This document shows, in pieces, positions 1 to 9,386 of a stretch of 64,000 nt of DNA. Position 1 is the stretch's first letter; every line of letters starts with the position of its first letter. Below the pieces are notes generated by a model that made no database searches, was not told where the DNA came from, and saw only the letters and a list, made by a program, of their open reading frames with translations. The position numbers and the translations under genes were made by a program. Source of the stretch: Cyanophyceae cyanobacterium (lineage in GTDB: Bacteria; Cyanobacteriota; Cyanobacteriia; Cyanobacteriales; Laspinemataceae); NCBI GenBank assembly GCA_038321985.1, contig JBBQFN010000003.1, positions 32,001 to 96,000 on the forward strand. The letters run 5' to 3'.

Positions 1-1
1 C

Positions 2-91
2 GCGGTGGTTGAACAAGGGACTCATGATGAATTAATGGCTCTCAAAGGTCTCTATTATTGCCTCTATCAACAACAGGAATCCCAAGTATAG
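2..91 (+). CDS. 3' end of a type I secretion ABC transporter (HlyB/peptidase-domain type), truncated by the window edge
   Basis: Frame 2 reads AVVEQGTHDELMALKGLYYCLYQQQESQV*, the typical C-terminus of HlyB-like ABC exporters; an HlyD gene follows. Confidence 0.8.
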   Translation, partial: AVVEQGTHDELMALKGLYYCLYQQQESQV

Positions 92-267
92 GCCCGTCTA
101 AATCATTAGGACCATAAAATTGAGGAGGGGGAGCATCTACACTCCCCACTACTCCTACAGAAAATTAGACGTTCCCACGCCATCAGAAGAACTATCCCCG
201 GCATTTAGACGCGTCTATATAGAAGAAGTGAAGGATGAAACCTCTAGCATAAATGGTCCCGATTAGG

Positions 268-306
268 TTTATCTTTTATCCTTCATCCTTCATCCTTCAT
301 CCTTCC
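268..306 (+). repeat. Heptamer tandem repeat (TTCATCC)n, STRR-like, with a complementary GTGAAGGATGAA at 228-239
   Basis: tttatct-tttatcc-ttcatcc-ttcatcc-ttcatcc-ttcc read directly from the sequence. Confidence 0.85.
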
Positions 307-328
307 TAAAACCTAGCACCTAAAAATC

Positions 329-2353
329 ATGAAATCAGCAGTTTTCGACCAACCCGTTATTTTAGAACGCCCCCCGATTTGGTCTAGTATATTTATCTGG
401 TTGATTATGGGCATGACTGCTTCCGGAGTCGCCTGGGCGGCCTGGGCCAAAATCGATCAATCCATTCCCACATCCGGTAAATTAGAACCCCAAGGTTCCG
501 TAGTGGAAGTGAAACCGGCGACCAATGGGGTTGTGCGGGAAATTCACGTTCAAGGCGGCGAGTTAGTGAAAAAAGGCCAACTCTTGGTCACCCTGGACCC
601 GACCAGTCCAGAAGCTGACGTGGAGTCTCTTAAGCAACAGCGAGACGCCCTGATGCGAGAAAATCAGTTTTTTACCGCTGCACTTAGTGGAAATACCGTA
701 GGAGACTCGGGTTCGGAACTGGAAAACCTCACCAAACTCCGAGCAAATTTAATTTCTGAAACTCAATTTTTACAAGCTCAACTCAATGGGTCTGCGGTCG
801 CTAGTAACGGAGGCGACTTCGACCAGAATCAGGAGCAATTGCTAGTCGCTTCTCGAAATGAGGCCCAATCTCGGGAACAATCCGTGTCCTTGCGGGTAGA
901 TGAGTTAGAAAAACAACTCAACCAGGTGAACAACCAAATTCCCACAGCTCAAGGTCAAATTGCTATCTCCCAGGGACAGTTAGAAACCGCTCGGCGTCAA
1001 TTAGAAACGGCCCAGCGTCAATTGCCCAACGTAATGGACCAATTGGAGAACGCTAGAAGACAAGTTGTCGCCTCCGAGCAACGACTGGAAAATGCCAAAC
1101 AAGATTTACCGAAAGCTCGGGAACGGTTAGAAAATGCCCGTCGCCAGTTACCCAGAGCACTGGAACAACTAGAAACTGCTCGTCGCCAAATTCCCACGGC
1201 TCGGGCGCAACTGGAAACGGCAAAACAGGCCCTCACGGTGAATGAAAGCATTATGGGGCGGATTAAACCTGTGGTCGCCGAAGGGGCATTGTCTGAACTG
1301 CAACAAGAGCGTCAGGAACAAGAAATTTTGCGCTCTCAAGCGGAGGTTTCTAACCGAGAAGCGGAATTGTTGAGTCGGCAGCAACAACTTTCTGCTCAGG
1401 AAGCTCAAATTCTGACCCAACAAAACGAAATTTCCTCCCGGGAAGCGGAAGTGCTGCGAAGTGAAGATGAGATTGCCCGCCGGGAAGAGGAAATTTTGCG
1501 GTTTCAAAATGAAATTTCCGGCCGGGAATCAGAAATATTACGAGCGGAAAATGAAATTGCGGCTCGCGAAGGCGAAATTTTGAGGTTGCAAAATGAAGTG
1601 CTAACTCGTTCAGGAGAAGTCGATCGCCTGATCAGCGAACAAGAGCGTCTGAATGTAGGAATGTCGCGATCGCGCCAAGAGGTCCAAAATACCCGGGCGC
1701 TTTCCCAGAAAGATGTATTAACCAAGATTTCCGAGAATCAAAAACGGATTTCTGATATTAATGGACAACTGAGCCGTTTAAAACTGGAAAATGACAAGCG
1801 CATTTCCCAAATTGACGGCCAGTTAACAAAAGCCAATCTTGAACTCCAGTATCAAGAACTCAAGTCTCCAGTGGATGGGTTTGTGTTTGATTTAAAACCC
1901 AAGTCTCCCGGATATGTGGCCGCGGGTAATTCTCCCGAACCGATTTTAAAAATCGTTCCCAATAACGAGCTTGAAGCGTCGGTTTACATCATGAATCAAG
2001 ATATTGCCATGGTGTTAGATGCTCTGCGCAAGAGTAAAGAAGAAGGGTCAGAAGGGGTCCCGGTTGAAATTAGTATCGAAGCCTTCCCGGCGACCGAATA
2101 CGGTACAGTTCGCGGGATTTTAACCTCCATTGGATCCGATGTGTTGCCCCCGGATGAAACCCGCCGCTTTTACGCATTTCCAGCCACGATTAAGCTCAAT
2201 AGCGAGAAGTTTTTATTGGAGAATGGACTGCAAGTTAATCTCCAGTCGGGTATGGCGGTACAGGGTAATATTAAAATTGGCAAACGTAGTGTGCTCCAGA
2301 TTTTCTTGAGCCGGATGACGAACAAGACTCGCAGCATTGAGACGGTTAAATAA
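329..2353 (+). CDS. HlyD-family membrane fusion / periplasmic adaptor with an extended coiled coil
   Basis: N-terminal TM helix; GKLEPQG..VREIHVQGGELVKKGQLL lipoyl-like motif; ELKSPVDGFVFDL; FPATEYG; LQSGM; follows an ABC exporter. Confidence 0.92.
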   Translation: MKSAVFDQPVILERPPIWSSIFIWLIMGMTASGVAWAAWAKIDQSIPTSGKLEPQGSVVEVKPATNGVVREIHVQGGELVKKGQLLVTLDPTSPEADVESLKQQRDALMRENQFFTAALSGNTVGDSGSELENLTKLRANLISETQFLQAQLNGSAVASNGGDFDQNQEQLLVASRNEAQSREQSVSLRVDELEKQLNQVNNQIPTAQGQIAISQGQLETARRQLETAQRQLPNVMDQLENARRQVVASEQRLENAKQDLPKARERLENARRQLPRALEQLETARRQIPTARAQLETAKQALTVNESIMGRIKPVVAEGALSELQQERQEQEILRSQAEVSNREAELLSRQQQLSAQEAQILTQQNEISSREAEVLRSEDEIARREEEILRFQNEISGRESEILRAENEIAAREGEILRLQNEVLTRSGEVDRLISEQERLNVGMSRSRQEVQNTRALSQKDVLTKISENQKRISDINGQLSRLKLENDKRISQIDGQLTKANLELQYQELKSPVDGFVFDLKPKSPGYVAAGNSPEPILKIVPNNELEASVYIMNQDIAMVLDALRKSKEEGSEGVPVEISIEAFPATEYGTVRGILTSIGSDVLPPDETRRFYAFPATIKLNSEKFLLENGLQVNLQSGMAVQGNIKIGKRSVLQIFLSRMTNKTRSIETVK

Positions 2354-2436
2354 TCTCCGCTCTAGTGAAAAATTTGTCACGTTGGAAAGGAAGGGATTGA
2401 GATTTGACGCTTTTATTGGGTTTATTGGGGGTGAAG

Positions 2437-5400
2437 TTAGGACCGCTTTTCTTCGGTGCGATCGCGATAAATCTGCGCTACTCGATCCTGGGGATTTTTG
2501 CATAAACAGCGTTCAAATAGTTCCTGGGCTTCCTCGGGGGAGTTCTGGTTATAGTAAAATAGCGCGGTTTCAAAGTCCTGTTTCGTTTCTAGCTTTCCAG
2601 CTTGAAGTTCGGGGGGGTCGGCATCAAAGACTTCATAGACGGTCACTAATTCTGATTTGCCTTTGACTTGGACGGTATCGATTTGGCGAATTCCATAGCG
2701 TTCGGGGTTTTTTAATCGGCTAAAAGTGCGGTCAGAAATTAATAAAGAAACCCCATATTTTTTGGTGAGTCCTTCAATCCGGGAGGCTAAGTTCACCGCA
2801 TCTCCGATCGCCGTGCCATCCATGCGAGTTTTTCCACCAACTGTCCCTAACATTAAATCTCCGGTATTGATGCCAATGCCAATTTTAATGGGGAGTTCCC
2901 CCTGTCCGAGGCGATCGTAATTGTACTCCCCAAGGCTTCGTAACATGGCTATTCCCGCTTGAACTGCATCATCGGCTTCCCCATTAAATAAGGCCATAAT
3001 TGCATCGCCAATATATTTATCAATAAACCCATGATTGGCGGCGATCGCCGGTTCCATTCTCGACAAATAAGCATTAATAAACTGAAACGTATCTTCCGGA
3101 CTCATCCGTTCGCTTGCGGCTGTAAAATCTCGAATATCTGAAAATAAAATTGACATTGACCGATTCACACTATCGCTCAATTTGACATCAATAATACTCT
3201 CTTTATTCAACATCTGTAAAAATTCCCGAGGAACAAACCGACTGTAGGCTAAATTAATATGCGAGAGTCTTAAATGAGTTTTAATCCGCGCCAATAATTC
3301 ATTTTTGGAAATAGGTTTGGTCAAATAATCATTTGCCCCGGAGCTAAATCCTTCCACCAGCACATCAATTTGAGCTTTAGCCGTTAACATCAAAATGGGG
3401 ACTTCTGTCGCCGGAAATACTTCCCGCAATTTTTGACATACTTCTAACCCGGTCATTTTGGGCATCATCACATCTAGCAATATCAAATCCGGCTTAAACC
3501 CTTGCTCAATCACTTCTAACGCTTCCATACCATTAGTGGCTTGAGTAATGGCATAATTTTGTAGGGAAAGATGATTGACCAAAACTTGCAAATTAACCGG
3601 CTCATCATCCACGATTAAAATTTTAAATTGTTCGGCATTTTCATCTTCTGTTAAAAAGGCTAAAGTAGCGATCGCCTCCTCGGGTGAGATGGGTGCTTTA
3701 CCCGACCCATCAAAAATAAGCACGGGCCGGTCTTTCTTGATAATTGGAGTGGAAACCACGGGGTCACTCAGCCGTTCCCCGTCGGTTACTTCACCGGATG
3801 TGATCGGCAAGGTAAAGGTAAATCGAGACCCTACTTCAACTGTCGATTCTACGGTAATTTCTCCCCCATGTAACTCTACCAGTTGTTTGGTAATCGATAA
3901 CCCCAACCCCGTCCCTCCATATTCCCGGGCGGTGGAGCCATCTGCTTGTTCAAAGGACTCAAAAATTTGCTCTAATTTATCCTCGGGAATCCCAATTCCC
4001 GTATCGGAAACCGTAATGGCTAAATAGTCAGGGTACTCGGGCGTGTGGGCGAGGGATTCCCTCACCTGCGCTGATACTTCGATTACCCCAGCTGCGGTAA
4101 ATTTAATCGCATTGGCCATTAAATTTTGTAAAATTTGCAACACCCGATTTTCATCGGCTAAAACCAACTGAACCTCTCCCGGAATTCGATTGATTAATTT
4201 TAAATTCTTGGCCCCAATTAAAGGGTGACAGATAGAGAGCGTAATTTCTGCAACTTCTCGCATTCCGATCGGTTTAAGTTGCAGTTCAATAGTTTTATGT
4301 TTTAACTTAGAAAAATCTAGCAGGTCATTTACCAAATGAACCAGGCGATATCCACAGTGAACAATCATCCCTAAATTTTTCTGTTGGAGTAAGGTAACGG
4401 GTCCGGCAGCCCCATCGACTAGAGATTCAGCCAAGCCAATAATGCCATTTAGAGGCGTCCGTAATTCATGAGAGGTATTGGCTAAAAACTCATCTTTGAG
4501 GCGATCGAGGTGCTTTAAGTCCAAATTGGCCTGTTTGAGGGCATCTTCACTATCTCTCAGGGCAGTAGTGGCACGGTTGACGGCATCTTGGAGTCGGGCC
4601 GGTGCACTGACTAAAATAAAGACTAAACCCCCGGCTAACACCGCTAAGAGGGAGCCTCCTATCCGTAACCAGGGGGAAAACGGGGCCATTAGGGGCCATC
4701 CCTGAGCAGGTATAGCCCCTAACTGCCACGATCCATTGGGCAGAATCACCGATAACAACACCGGATTTTGCTTAAAAATTTCGGCATCCCCAAAAAATAC
4801 CCCTCCCGCAGCCCCCAACCCATCATTCCCCCGGATGGCATATTGAAGTCGGGAATCAGCATCGAACAATCCGGCCTCGGTAAACAGAATATCGCGATCG
4901 ATAATAATTCCCACCATCCCCCAATAGGACCCGCTTCCGGCAGGAGCACCTGGAGGGGTCAAAAACACCGGGGTCCGACTGATAAAGGCCATCCCTTCAG
5001 GAAATAGGTCCACAGGTCCTGCCAAGACAGTGCTGCGGGTATTAATAGCCCGCAGAATTGCCTCCCGTTCCGAGGGAATATTCATCGGTTCAAAGCCGAT
5101 CGCCGATTCATTGCCCGCTAGGGGATACATATGGCTAACAATGGTGTTTTTATAAAGGGCTATACTCCGGATTCCCGCTTGTTCGGCGACAATCACCCGC
5201 GCCAAGTCATCAAATTGTTCCCGATTAATATTGGAATTGAGCGCGCTAATGTAGGCCACTAGCCCCCGTTCCAGAAACAGGCGCTGGTTTAACCCCTGTT
5301 CCAGCCGTGCGCGGATGGCACTGACTTGATTCAGGACGTTGGCATGATGTTGCTCTTTCCATCGTTGTTGTTCAGAACGATCTAGGACTCCCACTCCCGC

Positions 5401-5523
5401 TAACAGCAAGGCTACGGTGGCTGATGCGGCTAGGTAGGGGACCACACGAGTTTTCACGGACGGATGGACATAGAGACGGGAAAAGCGGTTGGCGAACTGT
5501 TTAGGAAGTGATTGCAGGAACAT
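2437..5523 (-). CDS. CHASE-domain hybrid histidine kinase / receiver / class III adenylate cyclase
   Basis: Two TM helices flank a CHASE-like region (VLAGPVDL..G.AFISRTPVF); H-box FLANTSHELRTPLNG; G-box GGTGLGLSI; REC (ILIVDD..LLDVMMP); cyclase motifs FSDIRDFT, DKYIGDAIMA, GDAVNLASRIE. Confidence 0.92.
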   Translation of the reverse strand: MFLQSLPKQFANRFSRLYVHPSVKTRVVPYLAASATVALLLAGVGVLDRSEQQRWKEQHHANVLNQVSAIRARLEQGLNQRLFLERGLVAYISALNSNINREQFDDLARVIVAEQAGIRSIALYKNTIVSHMYPLAGNESAIGFEPMNIPSEREAILRAINTRSTVLAGPVDLFPEGMAFISRTPVFLTPPGAPAGSGSYWGMVGIIIDRDILFTEAGLFDADSRLQYAIRGNDGLGAAGGVFFGDAEIFKQNPVLLSVILPNGSWQLGAIPAQGWPLMAPFSPWLRIGGSLLAVLAGGLVFILVSAPARLQDAVNRATTALRDSEDALKQANLDLKHLDRLKDEFLANTSHELRTPLNGIIGLAESLVDGAAGPVTLLQQKNLGMIVHCGYRLVHLVNDLLDFSKLKHKTIELQLKPIGMREVAEITLSICHPLIGAKNLKLINRIPGEVQLVLADENRVLQILQNLMANAIKFTAAGVIEVSAQVRESLAHTPEYPDYLAITVSDTGIGIPEDKLEQIFESFEQADGSTAREYGGTGLGLSITKQLVELHGGEITVESTVEVGSRFTFTLPITSGEVTDGERLSDPVVSTPIIKKDRPVLIFDGSGKAPISPEEAIATLAFLTEDENAEQFKILIVDDEPVNLQVLVNHLSLQNYAITQATNGMEALEVIEQGFKPDLILLDVMMPKMTGLEVCQKLREVFPATEVPILMLTAKAQIDVLVEGFSSGANDYLTKPISKNELLARIKTHLRLSHINLAYSRFVPREFLQMLNKESIIDVKLSDSVNRSMSILFSDIRDFTAASERMSPEDTFQFINAYLSRMEPAIAANHGFIDKYIGDAIMALFNGEADDAVQAGIAMLRSLGEYNYDRLGQGELPIKIGIGINTGDLMLGTVGGKTRMDGTAIGDAVNLASRIEGLTKKYGVSLLISDRTFSRLKNPERYGIRQIDTVQVKGKSELVTVYEVFDADPPELQAGKLETKQDFETALFYYNQNSPEEAQELFERCLCKNPQDRVAQIYRDRTEEKRS

Positions 5524-5866
5524 AGAGGATAAACGCGAAGGCGTTTAGGGAAAGAGGGATTTACAGCAAAAGTACAAGATTTTAATCCTTTATCCCCAGA
5601 GAGAAGGAACGCCAGTGGCTACCCTGAACCTTAAATTGGATAGCGCCCTCCATCCAGGTTCATCTATCGGTCTAAAAATGCCCAATGGCCTCAGTGCATT
5701 AGTCCCGGGATTGGTTTTCGGGCCCACTTTATGCCTAAGTTTAACTCACCCCGAAATGAGTTCTAATTTTTAAACTGCTGGGTTTAAAGGCGATCAATTC
5801 TGATAAATTAACTAACGACTGAATTTAAAACAGAAAACTCACTGTTGCTCGGTGTGACGCTCTTTG

Positions 5867-6415
5867 ATGAATATAATTTCGACTAATATTCCCGATGTCG
5901 TGATTATCGAACCGAAAGTTTTCGGCGACGATCGCGGTTTTTTCTTGGAAAGTTATAACCAACGCACCCTTGCGGAAAAAACCGGCCTCACGACACCGTT
6001 TGTCCAAGATAATCATTCGAGATCGCGCCAAAATGTCCTGCGGGGTCTACATTACCAGATTCAACAGCCCCAAGGAAAATTACTCCGGGTCGTTGCGGGT
6101 GCCATCTTTGATGTGGCGGTGGATATTCGCAAACACTCTCCCACTTTTGGACAGTGGGCCGGTTGTCTCCTCAGCGCTGAAAACCACCGTCAGTTCTGGG
6201 TTCCTCCCGGATTTGCTCATGGATTTTTGGTGGTGTCGGAAATTGCGGAAGTGCTGTACAAAACTACAGAATATTACGCCCCCCACCATGAGCGGTGTAT
6301 CCTTTGGAACGATCTGGATTTGGCGATCGATTGGCCTTTAAACGGTGCCGAACCCATTTTATCGGAAAAAGATCGCGCGGGTCAGCCTTTGAAAGTTGCG
6401 GAATTATTTGCATGA
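5867..6415 (+). CDS. rfbC: dTDP-4-dehydrorhamnose 3,5-epimerase
   Basis: DDRGFFLESY, FVQDNHSRS, VLRGLHYQ, WVPPGFAHGF motifs. Confidence 0.96.
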   Translation: MNIISTNIPDVVIIEPKVFGDDRGFFLESYNQRTLAEKTGLTTPFVQDNHSRSRQNVLRGLHYQIQQPQGKLLRVVAGAIFDVAVDIRKHSPTFGQWAGCLLSAENHRQFWVPPGFAHGFLVVSEIAEVLYKTTEYYAPHHERCILWNDLDLAIDWPLNGAEPILSEKDRAGQPLKVAELFA

Positions 6416-7281
6416 CCAGAATTTTACTAACCGGAATAACGGGTCAATTAGGGCAGGAATTATACCCGATTCTTCAGGCGGTGGGGGAGGTGACAGGGTG
6501 CGATCGGCAGACTCTGGATTTAGCCAACCCCGACTCGATCCGGCAGGTAATGGCAGCAGTCAAACCGGAAGTGGTGGTCAATTGTGCTGCCTATACTGCG
6601 GTGGACAAATCCGAAAGTGAACCGGACCTCGCAATGGCGATTAATGGTACCGGGGTCGGAATTCTCGCCCAGGAGTCCCACCAATTAGGGGCGCGATTGA
6701 TTCAGGTTTCCACAGATTATGTCTTTGATGGCACTCAGTCTCAACCCTATCGGGAAACCGATGCCACTCATGCATTAGGGGTGTATGGAGAGTCTAAACT
6801 TGCCGGGGAGGAAGCAATTCGCCAAGTGGGTGGAGATGCGATTATCCTGAGAACCGCTTGGGTGTATGGCAATGGCGGTTCAGGTAATTTTGTCAAGACG
6901 ATGCTGCGCCTGGGTTCGCAACGGGAGGAATTAGGGGTGGTGACAGATCAAGTGGGGAGTCCCACTTGGACGGGGGATTTAGCTGGGGCGATCGCCTCGA
7001 TGGTTCAACTGGCGATTCCCTCGGGAACCTACCATTACACCAATAGCGGGGTTGCCAGTTGGTACGATTTTGCGATCGCCATCTTTGAAGAAGCCCAAAC
7101 TCTGGGTTTTCCCCTGCAAATCCAGCGAGTTAAGCCAATTTCTACCCAAGAGTATCCTACTCCCGCCCGTCGTCCCTCCTATTCGGTCCTTTCCCTTGCC
7201 AAAATAGCGTCAACCTTGGGAACTTATCCCCCCCACTGGCGGCAGGGACTCCGGCAAATGCTGCGAGATTTCAACCGTTAA
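6412..7281 (+). CDS. rfbD: dTDP-4-dehydrorhamnose reductase
   Basis: GITGQLG, NCAAYTAVD, STDYVFDG, YGESKLAGE; the ATG at 6412 overlaps the rfbC stop (ATGA). Confidence 0.96.
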   Translation: MTRILLTGITGQLGQELYPILQAVGEVTGCDRQTLDLANPDSIRQVMAAVKPEVVVNCAAYTAVDKSESEPDLAMAINGTGVGILAQESHQLGARLIQVSTDYVFDGTQSQPYRETDATHALGVYGESKLAGEEAIRQVGGDAIILRTAWVYGNGGSGNFVKTMLRLGSQREELGVVTDQVGSPTWTGDLAGAIASMVQLAIPSGTYHYTNSGVASWYDFAIAIFEEAQTLGFPLQIQRVKPISTQEYPTPARRPSYSVLSLAKIASTLGTYPPHWRQGLRQMLRDFNR

Positions 7282-7338
7282 ATTCCCACTTTGGAGTAGA
7301 TTTTAAAACGCCATTCAACCCCTTCCCTATTTCTATAT

Positions 7339-8607
7339 TTACCCCTCTTCCCCCAGGGGTTGGATGCGCCGCGATGGAACTTCTTGCCAGAACAGAAGAA
7401 AGGCGATCAAACCGGCCATCAACTGAAGGCCGCCAAAAAGGGTTAGAGATACCTCAAATCCAAAGTTGAGTAACTCTCCAAAGATTAGGCTACCCACCCC
7501 AAATCCCGTAAACAAAGTAAAGACTTTGAGTCCCATTGTTTGACCCAAACTATTGTCATCGCCTAAGTCCGTGACGATACCGACAAATAAAGGTTGAGTC
7601 AAGTCATAACCCAAAGATAAAACCAAAACCGCTACTGTCGTTACAGTGGCAGGAATATCAAAAATCATGACAATCCCAGCTAAGGCAGACATGACTAACC
7701 CTGACGGAATCAGCCAACGACGTCCCCATCGATCCACCGCGCGACCAATCAAGGAACTCAGCAACAACCCCGGAATACCGTAGCCTAAAATGGTCAAACC
7801 AATGCTCAAAGCATCCATTTGATAGCGTTGGGACAAGTACAATCCCAGCCAGGTATAGACACCGGAATGATAGATACCATTCCACAAAACGTAGGCATAA
7901 GTCCGCTGTCCTCGAAAACTGGCTAAGATCTGACGATATCCCCCAAATATGTGGCGAATGGACGGGAGAGTTTCTGGATTGGGACTGTCGAATAGGTCAC
8001 CATAACGACCCATCCGCCACAATACCAAAGCGGCCAAAATAGCGGTACCCACAAAGAGCGATCGCCACCCCACAAACGGTTCAAGAATAGCACCCCCGGC
8101 AGAACCGGCGGCCATTCCGCCTTCCATTGCTGCAAATACTAATCCGAGTTTGCTGCCTCTTTGTTCAAAGGGGAATAAATCAGCAATTAATGCAAAGGTC
8201 AAGGGAATCACGCCACTTGCTCCAATCCCGGTTAGCAGACGCCACATCGCCATTTGTGATGCGGTTTGAGCGGTTGCGGTTAACGCTGTGCAGATCACAA
8301 AAATTGCCAAAGACAAACGAATAACAGGCCATCGTCCAAATCGATCGGAAATCACCCCGTAGAACAATGCCATCAGGGCGTAAGATAGCATATAGGTGGG
8401 GACAATAAAGCCAATTTCCTGAACTGGAACGTTAAAGACTTCAGCCAAACGGGGAATCAAGGGAGCTATCATGTATCCCTGTAGAAAAATTAAACCCGCA
8501 GCGATCGATAATAAGGTAAACAGGTTTTTATGCTGCTTCAAACGAATCGTGCGATCGGCTGCTTCAATATGAGGCCGTTGCTCAAAATTTGCTGGGCGAT
8601 TTGGCAT
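7339..8607 (-). CDS. Major facilitator superfamily transporter
   Basis: About 12 hydrophobic segments; MFS motif A twice (GVISDRFGR, GRAVDRWGRR). Confidence 0.9.
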   Translation of the reverse strand: MPNRPANFEQRPHIEAADRTIRLKQHKNLFTLLSIAAGLIFLQGYMIAPLIPRLAEVFNVPVQEIGFIVPTYMLSYALMALFYGVISDRFGRWPVIRLSLAIFVICTALTATAQTASQMAMWRLLTGIGASGVIPLTFALIADLFPFEQRGSKLGLVFAAMEGGMAAGSAGGAILEPFVGWRSLFVGTAILAALVLWRMGRYGDLFDSPNPETLPSIRHIFGGYRQILASFRGQRTYAYVLWNGIYHSGVYTWLGLYLSQRYQMDALSIGLTILGYGIPGLLLSSLIGRAVDRWGRRWLIPSGLVMSALAGIVMIFDIPATVTTVAVLVLSLGYDLTQPLFVGIVTDLGDDNSLGQTMGLKVFTLFTGFGVGSLIFGELLNFGFEVSLTLFGGLQLMAGLIAFLLFWQEVPSRRIQPLGEEG

Positions 8608-9171
8608 GAATTTTAGCTCTTTTAACTTAACTGCAGGCCCTGCTTATTTGGATTAAAACTTGGAAAAATTCAGCTTCTTCACTCCATGACAGAAATAGCC
8701 ATATTGCACCCGCTATCAACGGGTTTGACGCCAAAAAATGAGCAGGGCTTTCGGGAAAATTTGACGATAAAATCGTTTTTCATGGGAAAGGGTGCAATAT
8801 TTCCGAGAAATGAGGCCCACAAAGTCAAGAAACTATGACAATAATTTTACCACCCGTTACTTTGTTTTAAAAAGTGCTACTAATCACAAATATTAATCAT
8901 TGCTATTAGCTTAGCTTTTTATTGGCTCCTTTTTTGGGGGGACTGCGGGTAGCGGTGAAGAGGCAATTGATAATTTTGGGAATATCATTTTGGGGCTAAT
9001 CTGAATGACGAATATTCAATTTTTTATGTTAACTTTATTCAAAGATAATATTAATTCAGGAAATTTACTAATAAAAATTGAGGATTGTACGATAAATTCC
9101 AACTATTTTTTAAAAAAATGTAGTCTATAGAAGGAAATTTTTAATAAGAATTAAAAGCCTTGAAAGGAACA

Positions 9172-9386
9172 TTCGCGAGTTGGAAAGGGGAGGCGATCGC
9201 CGCTTTGGGGACCCGATGGAGGAAAGATTGAAGTGCGATCGCTCCTGAATTGGCCCTTCCCAGCCGAATAACATAAGCCATTCGGTGATATCCTGTTGCA
9301 CACTAGCCTCAGTGTGGGGAACTTATCCCCTACACTGGCGACAGGAACTCCCACACAGACCGCAAGATTTGAGGCGTTTGAGATGA
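9172..9386 (+). pseudogene. Decayed duplicate of the rfbD 3' end
   Basis: Segments translate as FASWKGEAIA...SHSVISCCTLASVWGTYPLHWRQELPHRPQDLRRLR*, against RfbD VASWYDFAIA...SYSVLSLAKIASTLGTYPPHWRQGLRQMLRDFNR*. It contains frameshifts and stops, and its TGA overlaps the rfbA ATG. Confidence 0.8.

Noticed and set aside
6295..6411. Longer rfbD start in the ORF track
   Set aside because: It overlaps rfbC; the ATGA-coupled start at 6412 fits the family N-terminus.
9296..9382. 29-aa N-terminal extension of RfbA in the ORF track
   Set aside because: This DNA is the rfbD relic read in another frame; family similarity starts at MKALIL (9383).
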